A program made the position numbers and the translations under genes. Shown piece after piece: positions 25,531 to 40,620 of a stretch of DNA of 64,000 nt. Each line of letters starts with the position of its first letter. Within the stretch, counting starts at the first letter, position 1. Source of the stretch: Octopus vulgaris (lineage: Eukaryota); contig OX597821.1 of assembly GCA_951406725.2 (NCBI GenBank), forward strand, positions 24,304,001-24,368,000, written 5' to 3'. The notes under the pieces are model-generated. The model saw nothing but the letters and a program-made list of their open reading frames with translations, was not told the DNA's origin and did not search any database.

Positions 25531-26037
25531 ATGGCTACACTCTAATGAATGAAACAGATAAAAGATATAAAGTTCAGAGATAGTTCTGATCTGGATTCTG
25601 ATACGTCAACAACAGAAGGCTTTCGGTTGGCTAAGATTACATAATTTTGAAATGCTTGTAACTCCTTTATTATTCCTTTCTAGAAAAAATGTATGTGGTT
25701 TCGTCATGAACATATAAAATTACACCAGAATTATATTTCTTTTGCAAATAATCTTGTGAAAATTTGAAAAACTGCAGGTGGTTGAAATTTAACAAGATCC
25801 TATACGGAGATGGGAACTGACTGGGGCACTGCCTGGAAGGTTGCTCGGAATGGCCCGAGCAGATATTGACAAATGGCGGATGCACCGATGCGCTGCAATG
25901 GCACATGCCTCATACCGGACCTGACGCGGAAACACTCGGCAACTGATGACTTTAACAAGCATTAACTGTCTCCTTACCTTGATAGCGTCGACGTTAAAAC
26001 TCTGACCTGTCCCCATAGCCGGATATTAGCTCGCATG

Positions 26038-26496
26038 GAGATCGATGGTGTAGGCATTTGCTAACTGATTGTCCCCTTAAGTCAATGAAGTAGACATTTA
26101 ATTCCCGAATGTACCCATAGATCGATGAAACATTTAACAACAGACTGTCCCAATAGGTTGAACATGTAGACATTCGTCAACTAAGTGTTCCCATAGAGGA
26201 ATGCTGAAGACACTTAGTCCCAGACTGTCTCCATAGAATGATGGTGTGGACATTTAACAGTAGACTGTCCTCTTAAACCAATGGTGTAGAAATTTAACAA
26301 CAGACTGTTCCCATAGATCGATGTTGTTGACATTTAACCAGTGATTGTACCCACTTATTTATGATGTGGATATTTAATCCCAGACTGTCCCTATAGACTA
26401 ATGGCGTAAACATTTAAGCCCAGACTATCACTATAGGTCAGTGATGTAGATATTTAACCACAAACTGTCCCCGTAGATCGATCGTGTCATTTAACT
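26038..26496 (+). repeat. Degenerate ~40-bp minisatellite (AGATCGATGGTGTAGACATTTAACAACAGACTGTCCCCAT), ~11 units
   Basis: CATTTAA and GACTGTCC recur at ~40-bp spacing. Confidence 0.85.
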
Positions 26497-26959
26497 ATTC
26501 ATTGCGTTCTTGGAATGAAAACTCATTCTCTAACGAATGTAATCAGAACCATGGAAAATATTCAATGTACCCGGGAAAGTATTGTCGATAACGCTAGAGA
26601 AGTGTAATCAATATACTTATGGAAGAGTTGTTAACCTAGTATTGCCAGTCTACTTGGAAGCATAGGGACTATAGCTGTAGAAGTATAGTCTATATACCTC
26701 TAATAAGATTGTTAGCACACCTAGGGATGTATGGCTTTGATACTTGTGGGCGTGAATTTTGAAAATCTGGAGAAGTTTTGTCAGGAAAGTATAGCAAAAA
26801 ATGTGTAGTCATGACACCTTGGTTAGTACACTTAGGGATATACACTTAAGATACCCTTGGCTGTGTAGTTTGTATGCCTGCAGAAGGATAGCCAGTCTAT
26901 TTGGCTACACTGTCTACAAGAGTAGCCAAAGAAGTGAAGTCAGTATACCTCATAAAATG

Positions 26960-27175
26960 TTGGCTTCAAATTTTGGCATAAGTCCATTAATTTTGGGTGA
27001 GGAGATAAGTCGTTTACATCGATCGCAGTGCTCAACTAGTACTCATTTTATCGACTCCGGAAGGATGAAAGGTAAAGTCGACCTCGGCAGAATTTGAACT
27101 CAGAACGTAAAGATGGACGAAAAGCTGCTAAGCATTTGCCTGGCGCAGTAACGATTCTGCTAGTTCGCCTGCCTT
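26960..27175 (-). mobile_element. SINE family B
   Basis: Identity to family. Confidence 0.8.
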
Positions 27176-28349
27176 ATACCTAATTAAATATTAGTAGTAT
27201 ATATATAGGACAGTTTAGTGCAGATACCTATGACGTGTAGTCGATACACTTAGGGAAGTGTAATCGATATAAATGGTGAAGATATGTTGTTATGCTCGCT
27301 GAAAGGTAAACGAATAAACACTATCCGAATAACTTTCCTAAACAGCATATATGTAGATGAAGCCAAATCCTTCGTTAATCACCCCTTGCTCACTAAAAGC
27401 TTTTGGTAGACTTTAGGTCTATCTAAACTTTTTATCTTTATATTAAAATATTGCTGGTCGTTTATATTCGTTCATAAACTTTCAGTTTGCGAAAATTACT
27501 AAATCCATTTAGCAAATCTATTTCTGATTAAGTGATTCTTTTGCATACAACTTCCCACAATCCTATGCTTTAATATTCAATGAAGCATTGTAAGCCAGCG
27601 AATATTATTATTTGCTAACTTTATTACTTGTATTACCTTTAGCAAGGAATAGAGGGCCGAAATAAAACGGACTGCAGTACTTACTTGCAACTTTGTTCGT
27701 CCTGTGTTCAAATCTCTCCTAGGATCCACTTTCAGCAATCTGGTACTGTAAAGTAATTAGTCGTCAACTAATTAGTTTTAATTGATCATTGTTCCAACCT
27801 GGTTCGAAGTAGTGGCTGTGCACTTATTGTTAAACTATGCTATTTAGCTACGTCCTTTTAAGTTCCCGTGTTCAAACCACACGTGCGATTGATTTTTGTC
27901 GTGTATCCTTTCGAGATCGATAAAACCGGTAGCAATCAAATACTAGGATGACTTCCATCGATTATTCGCCGCTCGTCTTCTCTCCCCAAACCGGTGGCGC
28001 CGTGTAACAATGCTAGGAAACAATGTTTTGTTATGTCCCTTTGATTTCTATATTCAACTCTCAAACTGATCTCATGATATTAAGCTCAAACGCAAGCAGG
28101 TTCGTTTCAATTAGCTCTACCAGACAAGTATCACGAGGATATTCAATCGATTATGCTCCTTCCCGGCTCCCATTCAAACTTATGACTTCGTACCAATGTT
28201 AGGAATCCCAGATGCACTCATGAAAACATTAAAGTGAACTGAAATAGAAAATACAAACTGTTTTGTGACAGTAAAGATAAAACTCCATCTCAGTCGAACA
28301 CGTGGTTGTAATTGATGACGTTCGTGAGGAAAGCTTAAAACAGTGTATG

Positions 28350-28700
<351 letters not shown>

Positions 28701-31700
28701 TTTATCTTTGATATCTACTTTAGTCTTAGCAGAAATGAAACTGTTCACAAACCTCTTTTGTCCTTGTTTGAGTCATGACATTTCAGTGAATTGCGTATAT
28801 GTTAGTGTGTGTATGTATATGCATGTATGTGTAGATATATTTGCACTAATATTATGATGTACCTGTCTCCGTAAAGTACTTTTTATGTATGTGTCTACAT
28901 ACATTGCTGCATAGATGGTCATTCCAGGAAACTCAAAGGTAACATCTTTAGAATATTCTAGAAATCTTCTCTATACTACTAATCCATTGGATTTGGACAA
29001 CGCGAACGAGTTTATCTTTGTTCTTTTTGTGACTGTTCCTTATCAGCATCTCCTGTAGATTTTGAATAGTTCAAAATAAAATCGTAACTGATGTTTTGAA
29101 CTTGCATTATCCCTTTTAAGTTTCCGATGTTTTCTCATATTCTATCGATGATCTTCAGTTGTATGTTATAATTTTGTTCGATCTCTGTTACTTCTATCTA
29201 TTGGTGAATTGTAACTGCAGCACAATACAGTGAGCCATTTAATACTCAAAAAGTGGAAGCTTCCCTTTGTGTTAGGTGTTCTTTAACTACATGGTCGATC
29301 ATAGCTTGCATCAAATCAATAGGTGTTCTATCGATTTATATCATAATCGTTCTTCCATTTAGTGGCTTGTTCAAGTAAAGAATGAAATTATCTCCAATTC
29401 TAACGATAAACTACATTTTAAGCCTTTTTGTATCATTCACTCGTTTCTGTTTCTTCGCAAACGGTTACGGCATGTTCGTGTAACGGCAGTTACCGCATGC
29501 ATGTGTAATACCTTTGTGTTATTGTTACATTTTCGTTTGGGCTCCAGCAATGTTCTCTAGGCCACAGTCTACTGGATCGTTGATTTTGTTATTTACCGTG
29601 CATTTTGGTGGTTGATTTTGTCTAGTAGGGCTGTGTATTTCTTCTTAATAAGCGTAACTCGCCGATTAGGCCGCTTCATTTTGAAATGTAATTGGATGGA
29701 ATAATTTACATCCTAGTAGCTCTTTATTTTCTTAATGTAACCGATCAACGGATTTCCCATGCTCTTTCCGCTGAAATAATACAGGGCTTGATTCAGCTCA
29801 TGAGTCTATTGCAGTTTCTCACGACTTGCGATAGCAGATACCAGTTCCTTGCCTTGAGATATATAGTATGAATCCACGCATTATTTAAGAGTTCAATTTT
29901 ACCGCTTGATAAATGCCACGATCTTCTTTTGGTGGTTTGATTCAGTGGCAATTTCCTTGTTGATTCATGGGTTTGCAATCAACAGAACACCTTTAATATC
30001 TATTGAACCATAGCTTCCTCACTGAGAATCGTGTACCTTCAAAGATTTCTTTTTGAATTTTCACCGAATTTTCCAGCGCATCTCAAACGCTTCCAAAATT
30101 TAGTTCATTGCTGATATATTTTGGCCAGCAACATTTATAAGGTTACTATAACAATGGACTTAGATGGCAAGTTGAGAACGCTTATTTATGCTTGTTGCCA
30201 AGCTTCTATCAATATCGTTCATATTTGCCCTGCCATCAATACTTCTCCAACATTTTGTCAAGCTTCAACTTCTCGACGATAGTTTTGACTAACGTATAGG
30301 GAACACTCCGCTCAAGTAGAAAGCGTTGCATGGAATCTAATGAAAAGATCTGATTTCATCTTCAGTGATAAATTTGAGGCACACAACCCTGCTGACATCC
30401 GATGTTTCAACAACGCTAATGAAATATTCTGAACACATTTTTCACATCATTAGTTCTGCTTTCTCAGTCACGATATAGAGAATTATATTTTTGACAATGG
30501 AGGAAATCAATTTCATTGTTATATTTTAAGTTTCCAGCATTCTCTTTGCTATGGAATCACCTGTTAATATTGGAAATTTTGCCTAACTGGGGTCCCCTGT
30601 ATGATCACATTAAGCTATGTAAAAGAGTCAGTGAACAATAAATAAAGTTTCAACAATAATTTGGGGAATAGAATTACGATGATAATAATAATATCCTAAT
30701 ATTCTCGGTTCTGTGCTAATCGCTTTTGTTTTTATATTATTTCGTTGAGCTAACGTTAATGTTTGGCGCCTGAATTCGTTCGATCATAATCTATATAACC
30801 ATTTCAACGTATCCTGTTGATGTTTAACAGTTTTTGCATGCTTTGTGAGTCGGTTTGTCTTTTTCTAGTTTTCAATTGCAAAGCTGTTTACTATGCATGA
30901 ACGCTTTATAAGTATAACATAAAAGTTGACATTTGTTTGTGACATAGGTAAGCTACAGATAAAAGATTAAACCATTTGCTATTGAAATCTCTCAAATTTA
31001 TTTGGCCTATTGCATTGTGCTTCTCTGATATTATCCCAAAGAGCAGCGGAACCAGAAGACATTCACTCGTCACAATCTTTTCATCTGCATTTTAGTCACT
31101 TGAAATATTTTCAGATTCAAAGGTGTTTGTTTCTGAATATATTCGAGTTAATTTTTTTTTTTTTTTTTTTTACATTATCTTGATCTTCGCTATCAACAAA
31201 GCTGTTTTGAGCTTTTTGAGAATTCCTTCCTTCTTCCTTAACTGCAAGATTTGGAGTTGAATACTTTTCAACAACAGCGCGCAGTGTCTGTCGTGATTAT
31301 TAAAGTACTGGTGAGACAGTTACCGTTTGACCGACATAAACAGTCCTAATATGCATTTTTCTTTGTTTTTGTTTTGTTTTTTGTTTTTTTTTAGTTAATC
31401 ACAGTGTCTTCTGCTTCCCATTTGATTCGTTGACGGGGAAACCCGTCTGCATATTTACTCCATGACAATAATAGTGAACGCAATTTAGATTTGGTATCTG
31501 ATAAAAATAAACATGTTCTGAAGAGAGTAACTCGTACTGTATTAGTCAACGCTACTATAAATACATTTCAAGGTGAGCGTGTTCGTTTTTTTTTCCACCG
31601 CCAGACATTGATACATCAAATACTAAATTTACAGAAATTGGAAAAATCCAGAAATTTCTGCAATGAACAAATACGAAAATGGAGTTAACTAAAATGATAC

Positions 31701-31755
31701 AAAGGCGCTCAGTGAATTTCCCTACGACAAGAAAAACAGAAATAACAGAGATATT

Positions 31756-32165
31756 AGGCGCAGGAGTGGCTGTGTGGTAAGTAGCTTGCTAACCAACCAC
31801 ATGGTTCCGGGTTCAGTCCCACTGCGTGGCATCTTGGGCAAGTGTCTTCTGCTATAGCCCCGGGCCGACCAATGCCTTGTGAGTGGATTTGGTAGACGGA
31901 AACTGAAAGAAGCCTGTCGTATATATGTATATATATATATGTATGTGTGTGTGTGTTTGTGTGTCTGTGTTTGTCCCCATAGCATTGTTTGACAATCGAT
32001 GCTGGTGTGTTTACGTCCCCGTCACTTGGCGGTTCGGCAAAAGAGACCGATAGAATAAGTACTGGGCTTACAAAGAATAAGTCTCGGGGTCGATTTGCTC
32101 GACTGAAGGCGGTGCTCCAGCATGGCCGCAGTCAAATGACTGAAACAAGTACAAGAGTAAAGAGT
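31756..32165 (+). mobile_element. SINE family A, full length
   Basis: Identity to family. Confidence 0.92.
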
Positions 32166-32346
32166 ATATAATTAAAGAAAAAAAAGTTAAGAATTTTGGC
32201 TAATTTAAATCTGCCATTCATTAGTCATCATCATGGACAGGTTGTTCTTTGGATTTTCTCTTCTCAAGCTTCTGCCTTCTTGTTTTTTTTTGCCTGAAAT
32301 GGTTTTAATTTAGGATTGGAAGTTACCCCCTCTGCCCATCTTCCCG

Positions 32347-32445
<99 letters not shown>

Positions 32446-32759
32446 CGTGCGTGTGTACATACACATATACTCATATATTTTACAAAATGACCGCTCAACA
32501 TGTTAGAAATAGAAGTCAAATCTCCCTCAAATCATACTGCTGGGTACAGTTAAATACAATACAGAGTGGTCACCAGTGAGGTCGAACAACGATACAATGG
32601 CGAATCTGACTGTTGTTCTCGTTTAACCCGAAGTCTTCTCTCATTATGTAGACTTATGGTCCAATGAATTCTAGCCATGACTGTCCCATCTGTTTAGGGG
32701 TATGTACCATCGACTGGGGTCGATGTAATCGACTTACCCTCTCCCCTGAAATTGCTAGT

Positions 32760-32890
32760 CAATTTTGTAATAAACAGCCCTTCTGAAGAAAAGGTTCTCT
32801 CTGCTTCCAGGAACAGTGAAGTGAGAGTAAAGAACAGTTTCCACAAGTAAAGATTTCTATGTTCAGTAATTTCAAGCTCTTCCATTTCCG
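32760..32890 (-). pseudogene. hAT transposase C-terminal dimerisation-domain remnant
   Basis: EAERTFSSEGLFITKL resembles the hAT motif (S)ER.FS..G...T..R. Confidence 0.55.
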
Positions 32891-33390
32891 TTACAATAAT
32901 ATTTTTGTTAGGTCGTAAAATGATTAAATGGTCTTTTGATAGTTTTCTATAGCTTTGTTAATGACAATGTTCAGTATCTTCAGTAGGGACGTTTCTTTTG
33001 ATGTGGGACGGAGGAGACGCTTCATTTATCATGAGGTCGGGGCGATTCGGACTGGAAAGTAAAGAGTTCATATAACAATGGGAAAAAAAAAGACATTCTT
33101 TAAATCCAACCTCCTTATCATATTCTGCAGTGAAGCCTCTGATGTTGACAACATAAATAAATGAAAATTAATCGAGTGGAGTGAAATGTAAAAGAGGAAT
33201 GTTAACAGAATTCATCAATACAATATAAATTTTTTTGCTCTTCGATATATTTCAGATATCATCCTCTTTACATTGGGGTGTGGGCGGGTATTGGAGCATT
33301 TGTGCGTGTATGGTGCGTGTATGGTGCGCTGTGTGGGTGCACATACGAGCATATATAAATGTATGCATAAGTATATTCATGTAACTGGGA

Positions 33391-33487
33391 AAGAAACCTG
33401 GGGCCGATTTGCTCGACTAAAATGCAGTGCTCCAGCATGGCCACAGTCAAATGACTGAAACAAGTAAAAGAGTAAAAGTGTAAATGA

Positions 33488-33540
<53 letters not shown>

Positions 33541-33570
33541 GAATATATATATATATATATATATATATAA

Positions 33571-33615
<45 letters not shown>

Positions 33616-33715
33616 TATATTCATTTACACTTTACTCTTTTACTTATTTCAGTCATTTGACTGTGGCCATGCTGGAGCACTGCATTTTAGTCGTCAAATC
33701 GACCCCAGGTTTCTT
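33391..33715. repeat. Inverted duplication of a SINE A tail centred on a (TA)n tract
   Basis: Arms ~33391-33490 and ~33619-33715 share private variants (AAAATGCAGTGCTCC, GTGTAAATGAAT). Confidence 0.9.
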
Positions 33716-33739
33716 AAATAAATATATAAATGTATATAT

Positions 33740-33784
<45 letters not shown>

Positions 33785-33950
33785 TCACCCCTCACCAAAA
33801 TAAGAAATAAGCACTGCGGTTGATTTGTTCGATTAAAACCTTTAAGGTGATGCTCCAGCGTAACCGCAGTTCAATGACTAAGAAATAGAAGATAAAATAT
33901 GGCAGATAAAAGATACACACGCAACACACACATATACACGTGTATGTATG

Positions 33951-34001
<51 letters not shown>

Positions 34002-34823
34002 GATTATATATATATATATATATATTTCGTTGTTTAAGAAAAATGTCCATGTCCTTGGTTTTGTGTTTATGTTTTCGTTTCTCATTATGTTCGACGTTTT
34101 TTCTGGTGCCCTGTACCCACATATGCATGTATATATACATGTAGAGGTAGGTACGTACATATATGTATGTATATATGCATATGTTTTATTTTATTTATTA
34201 ATTTATTATACATATATATATATACTCATGTATTCTTTTACTCACACACACACAGACTCGCGCGCGCAACACACATAAATGAGTGTGTGTGTATTTATCT
34301 CTGGCAGTTAAGAGAATTACTTACGAAGGTAGCTATAGTTAGGAAAAGAAGATAAAAATAGCAGGAGAATCAGGTGTTTCTGAACAGGCGATTCATTGAA
34401 CGAATCTAAATGGAGTAAAAATGACGTGATTTTCGAAACAGGTTTTTTTTTTGTAGGTGGGAGAGAGAAAAAAAGAGAGTGATAGATTGAAGTTAGATGT
34501 AGGCTAGGACACGAAACTCTTTGTCATTGGTGGGAAAAAAGACATATTCTCGTTTTTTTATTCGTTTTTTTTATATTTTGTTGTTATTTTCCTTTTATTT
34601 TTAATTTTTGAAACTTCATTGTTTGGTTAAAGCTCTGTGCCACTCTGTGTGTATATGGTGTGGTGCGAATGTATATGCACGCGTATGTGTTTATGGGTGT
34701 GTTTATGTGTGGGTGTGTCCATGGGTGTGTGACTCTTTGTTGTGTATAGATGTCGTGTGTGTGTGTGTGTACACGCGTTTGTGTGTGCGCGCGTGCACTC
34801 TTCTTCTTCTTCTTCTTCTTCTT

Positions 34824-34867
<44 letters not shown>

Positions 34868-34880
34868 GCTACTACTACTG

Positions 34881-34909
<29 letters not shown>

Positions 34910-34912
<3 letters not shown>

Positions 34913-35325
34913 ACTACGTGCTGTGTGGTATATCTTTCGGATCTTCGCGTTCAAATCCAGTCGAAATCAACTTTGGCTGTCATCCTTTCAGGGTCGAAAT
35001 AGATACTAGCTGAGCATTGGGGGGGGGGGCGGTAATCGACCAGCCCCCCCCATTTTAAGGCCTTGTGCCTAAAATAGAAAGGATTATTAATAATTGTTTC
35101 AAATTTTGGCGGAAGGCCAGCAATTTCAGGAGACGGGGTAAGTCGATTGACACCAGTGCACAAGTGGTACTTATTTTACCAACCCCTCCTCGATAAAGAA
35201 TGAAAGGCAAAGTCGACCTCGGTGGCATTTGAACTCAGAACGTAAGGACGGACGAATTGCCGCTAAGTATTTTGCACGGGTTGCTAACGATTCTACCAGC
35301 TCGCCGTCCACGTTATTATTAAAAT
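34910..35325. mobile_element. Two SINE family B copies tail-to-tail
   Basis: Plus-strand partial copy ~34910-35090 and minus-strand copy ~35092-35310. Confidence 0.75.
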
Positions 35326-35449
35326 TAGTGAGCCTGTAAGCTGAAAAGTACGGAGAAAAAAGAACAAAAGAAAAACACTCCTCATGCGTTGGATGGTTTG
35401 GGATCTGCAGGTTCCCTTGGTCGCTCCTAGGTGGTATTCCCTACCTATA

Positions 35450-35930
35450 TATACTTAGATAACTTAGATATGTTTCGACCAATGATTGGTCCAGGCCATG
35501 TCTAACTTAATAGCACCACCTGATAGGATTATTTGAATCCTGTTTAAGTCAAGTTTTGTTTATGGTCATTTTAGTAGTGAGTTTTTGTTGGGTGAGTTGT
35601 ATCCAATTATGGGTGGCTTATCTGGTATTCCTTGAAGGAATCTATCCAGACTCCGTTTAAAGTTGATGGGATCCTGTTCCTCTTTGATCTCTTTCGGAAC
35701 AATGTTAAATAGTGCAGGGCCTGTTGAGGAAAAGAAATTATGTTGTGGTGTACATGTATGCTGTGATCTTGAATTGGGCAGGGGACGTATGGCCCGTGGT
35801 CCCAGTCTTGGATGAACCTTGAAGCTAATGTTCAGGTCGTTTGGGCAAAGTTGGCGGTATATTCTCCACATCGTACAAATGATGTACCGCTCACGGCGAC
35901 GCTGGAGAGAGTAGAGCTTCAAGGCTTTAT
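35450..35930 (-). mobile_element. CR1-clade LINE 3' end (second family)
   Basis: LKLYSLQRRRERYII...RLG...GPALFNIVPKEI...FKRSLDRFLQGIPDKP...NSLL; UTR stem-loop and (TATCTAAGT) tail. Confidence 0.88.
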
Positions 35931-36497
35931 ATATTTCTTTTACTAGTTTCAGCTGGAGCGTTGCGGCCATTTTGATTGAGGTTAGGGAAGTTCGTTATAA
36001 TTTTCTTGTAAATAGTTTTATTGTATTTATGTAAATCCCCACTGTTCCTTGTCTTTGTATAGTCCTAAATGTTTTTACAGCCCTTGTGGACAATAAAGAA
36101 AGTATATTATCATCATTTTCGTTTGACTCAGGTTCGGTCTTATTTCTGGCAGGATTTTTATGGGTAGCGGGTTACTACCTTAAATATCCACGTGTTTTCA
36201 GCAGTCTTTTAAGTGCTTACAACCCTCCTGATAATCCATGTTCTCCCTAAGAGACAAATTCTATAGCATTCTATATCAGTCTCCTTTAGCCATTTGTCTT
36301 CTTCTTCTTCTTCTTCTTCTTCTTCTTCTTCTTCTTCTTCTTCTTCTTCTTCCTTCTCATCCTCCTTCTTTTTCTTCTTTTTCTTCTTCTTCTTCTTCTT
36401 CTTCTTCTTCTTCTTCTTCTTCTTCTTCTTCTTCTTCTTCTTCTCCTCCTCCTCCTTCTTCTATTGTTATTATTATTGTTGTTGTTGTTACTGTTGC

Positions 36498-36557
<60 letters not shown>

Positions 36558-36579
36558 CGTTATTATTATTATTACTATT

Positions 36580-37710
36580 GTATGTTTGACTTGTGCATTG
36601 TATTTGTACAAGTCGGCTCCGTGTGTCACCCAGAAACCTCAAGAGACAACAAGGTAGAAATTCAAGTTGGTATTATGCCTGAGGTGTCATATATTTGGTT
36701 TTGCAGAAAGTATTGTTCAAGAGAATGCTTAAGAAAGCATGAGAAAATTATAAGTTTGTTTTAAAATTTGAGATTACATAGACCGCATTTTACGTAGGAT
36801 GTGGACAGTTCCCATGAGCACTATCTTTTGAATTTGTACCATTTGGGGGGGTTCACTGGTATCTGAGTTAAGTAGGAATCAGCTCCTTTTGCTATCATTC
36901 CTAGGCACCTATGACAACAGGTATTGTTTTAATCTTGAGGTTCCACATTTTGCCAATTTCTATTTCAAGATCTTTATACTTGCTCAGTTTATTGGTAGGT
37001 CTTGACAGATGCATTTATGTCGATTGGGACAGTCATATCAATGAGGAGGCATGATTTTTGTTTGGTCTTTAAGTATGATGTCTGGCCTATTTGCTTTTAT
37101 CTTTCTGTCAGTTTGAATGGTGAAGTTCCAGAGGAGTGAGATGTGGTCATTTTCAAGTTAGGTTCAAGTTTTTGCAAATTACCCAGTAATACTGTAGGCG
37201 CAAGAAGACTGCACATGGAGACAACATGATCAATATTTTCATTTTGTCGTTTACACAGCATGTTGAGCTCCTTGTAGGTAGGCATTGATCTTGGGCTGCC
37301 ACGATAAACCCTTCTGTTTCTGATTTTAAGTCAGGAGACACTAACCAATGATGGGTAAGGGCTTTGTCAACATCGGCATTATTAGCTCTCTTTGGGTATT
37401 TGCTATTGAGAGGTTTTTCTTGCCATTTATCAGTAAGAATATCTAATTGTAGCACGGTTTTTCATACGCTTAGCCTTTTTCTGTGTCTGTTTCCAGTACA
37501 TCTAATTCTGGGATTTGTTGTATTTGGAATTCACTTAGATATTCCTTTGCCTGTTTTGCTACTGAGTATGATGCTTTCTTATTTTCGTGCTTTCAGACAA
37601 GTTTTAACATCCAGTCATCAGACTTTTTCAGATAGGTGCTTAGGCCAATAGTGGCAATCTTCATTGTTAATTCCAGTTGTAAAAGTCCACGGTCACCCTC
37701 TTTTGAGGGT
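36580..37710 (-). mobile_element. R4/Dong-like non-LTR retrotransposon 3' part (CCHC finger plus restriction-like endonuclease), ending in (TAA)n
   Basis: LKSETEGFIVAAQDQCLPTR, ENIDHVVSMC, ANRPDII, LLIDMTVP, KYKDLEIEI.KMW and IPVVIGA. Confidence 0.88.
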
Positions 37711-39988
37711 TGTTCCAGTTGTGGGGTACTTCCAGCTCCTGTGTTTCGGGAATATTTGAACCAGTAGCTGATTTTTTCACACCCAGTTTGGTTACTCACT
37801 AGAGTGCACAGCCATTGTTGACCTGGGTGACTGCAGATTCGGTGTGTGTCTTGCTTTGTTATCATTAAGGCATGACGAGCTTGGACGTTGACATTAACGG
37901 AGGGATCTGCCTGTTTAGGGTTAATTTTTTGAGCCAACACCACCTCTGAGTTCTCTACATGGAAACATTGCTCGTAACATAGCTTCTTAAGGCTAACAGA
38001 GCTGTATTCGTGTGTAATTTTGTTTTATTGTTGACAGATCTATCTCCGGGCATTTTTGTGGTGTCTTTAAACTTATGAATTGTTTACTGTCTGTGTTAGT
38101 TCGAAAAATAATTGTTTTATTATATCTTTTTGCTTCGACGGTGACACGTGCTTTCATATGCGTGTATGTACGTCCTGTAAATTGCACGTAGTTTTGTTAA
38201 CATTGGGATGTATATGTAGTCCTATAGGTATTGAAATGTATAAATGATTGTATAGACATTCGAGTGTGTGCGTAATTAATCAATTTACGTACTTACTGTT
38301 TTGTTCCAATTATATTTTATAATTTGTAAACTTTGTGATGTTGATTTCGCATGTGTCTTTCGCCTCCCCTAAAACTGCTGCCCTTGTGGCAAAATTTGAA
38401 ACCATTATTAAAGTTATTAAGGCGGCGAGCTGCGTCTTGATATACACAGGATATAGATTATTGAGAGAGGAGATTCCTTCGGACTTTTAGCCCCAATATA
38501 GCCATATATATATATGCATGTATGTGAATAGTCCCAATGTCAAGAATTAATGGGCAGGTGGCTCGAAATTACTTGGGCTGTAGCAGGGATGCAATGAAAT
38601 GACCAGTGCGATCTACAAGTGTCATTCTGCTCTGAAAATACGAGTCTCGCGGTGGAGTTTCTAGATATCGTTGAAACTTGATCACAGCTGTTTGAATTTT
38701 CTGTACACAGTCTAACAGAAATACGTTCTTCATATGCTCAGGGTGAGAAGCCCATAAAAGTTTCACTAAGTTTACAACATGACGGCCACACATAACCTAG
38801 TTTAGCCAGTTTACCAATACTGTTGCCAAAATGGTGGCTCATTACTACATGAAGCAGTTCGCAGGATCACAGGTGAGAACCGGCTACCAGGGTTAAAGAA
38901 GTGTTTTGAGCGGGTTTGAAATCATGAGGTCTCGTGTTCGATCCCGTTACATGGTAACTAGATCAAGTGTCTTGTACCGTACCCTACCAATCGATCTAAG
39001 TCTTGAGGGAAATCGTGTGGACTGGAACTCTGTGTAGATGCCTCACAGATGGATTGTACCAGTAATTTAAATCTTCAGCCATTTTTTCGCTCAGGTAGTG
39101 AGGGGTGGAAGTCTCAAGACGTTTTTTGGGGGGGATGAGGAGGAGGAGGAGGAAGTTATTTTCAAACATAAGACCAGGCTCGAATGCTTACAACAGAGAG
39201 AAACACGACTATATTCACCGAAGGATTAAGGGGTGGTATTAAACTGAACTACGCTTTAAACAAAACTTGTTTAGTTTATGCCTTGTCGAAAACTTTTGTC
39301 ATGTTAGTTCTGCCTGAAAATTACATTAAGGGTACATGCGTAACTGAGGAATACTCAGCTATTTGCACAACAATTTAAAGAATAGATACTTTAATTGATC
39401 GAACAACTGCGGCACTTCATCGTCGAAACTGACGGAAGACATATCGTCCTCGTTCATTCACATTTTTGTCGACTCCGGAAGCAAGACAAGCATTGCTGAA
39501 CTTGGTGACATTTCAACTCAAAAGGGTCGTAACTAAACACCGTGAGGAATTTTGAAATTCTTTTCTTCTTAATCTATATAGATGGAGCTTTTCAGAAACG
39601 CCTTTAACATTAAACGAAAAAGAGGGAAAAAACAAAAAGAAACAAAACCTAAAACTGCAGCAAAATAACTGAGGCATCGTTTAGCTATTATCTCTCCATA
39701 ACACTGCATTATTTTGATCAGATATCACAAAGAACACATATTTCTTCAAATTCCCTTCATGTTTCCTTTCCGTTTACACCCCAGTAACCCAGATTTTTCG
39801 TCGAGGGTTAAACAGCGTGTAAACAGTGTATAAAAGTACGCAGCCTTTAAAGAATCAACATGTAATTAATGACGTCATTGTGACGTCCCACTGCTAACTG
39901 AAATAGAACAATAACGTCAAAATACATTGTATGTATGTACCTATGGATGTATCCACATACAAACATACACATACATACATCACCCTAC

Positions 39989-40074
<86 letters not shown>

Positions 40075-40369
40075 TTACGGACTCGATGATTACTTACCCA
40101 GCTTAGATGAGCTAAGATTGTACCCTAGACTCATACGTGTCTATCAATTCCCTTCTCTCTCTCTTTCTCTCTTCCTTCTCCCCCCCCCCCACCACATATA
40201 TGCATGTGTGCGTGTGTGTATATTTATACACACACACACACACACACACAGAAGTGTGTGTGTCTGTGTGTATTATATAAGAATTTTTCAAGAGAAGTAT
40301 TTCGTCAATAGTGAATACAACTCACATCACTAATGGTATTTATTTTTTCAACCCTGAGAGGAACACGTC

Positions 40370-40543
40370 TTACCAATGACATGGTACCGGGTTCAGTCCC
40401 ACTGCGTTGTACCGTGGGCAAGTGTCTTCTACTATAGCCTTGGGCCAAACAAAGCCTTGTGTGTGGACTTGGTAGACGGAAACTGAAAGAAGCCCGTCAT
40501 TTATATGTATATATATATACGGAAACTGCAAGAAACCCGTCGA

Positions 40544-40620
<77 letters not shown>

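Noticed and set aside
25760-26020. GC-richer Cys/His-containing short ORFs
   Set aside because: No recognisable domain or convincing splice sites; probably TE debris
26038-26496. CRISPR-like periodic array
   Set aside because: Units are contiguous and degenerate with no unique spacers; no cas genes; eukaryotic context
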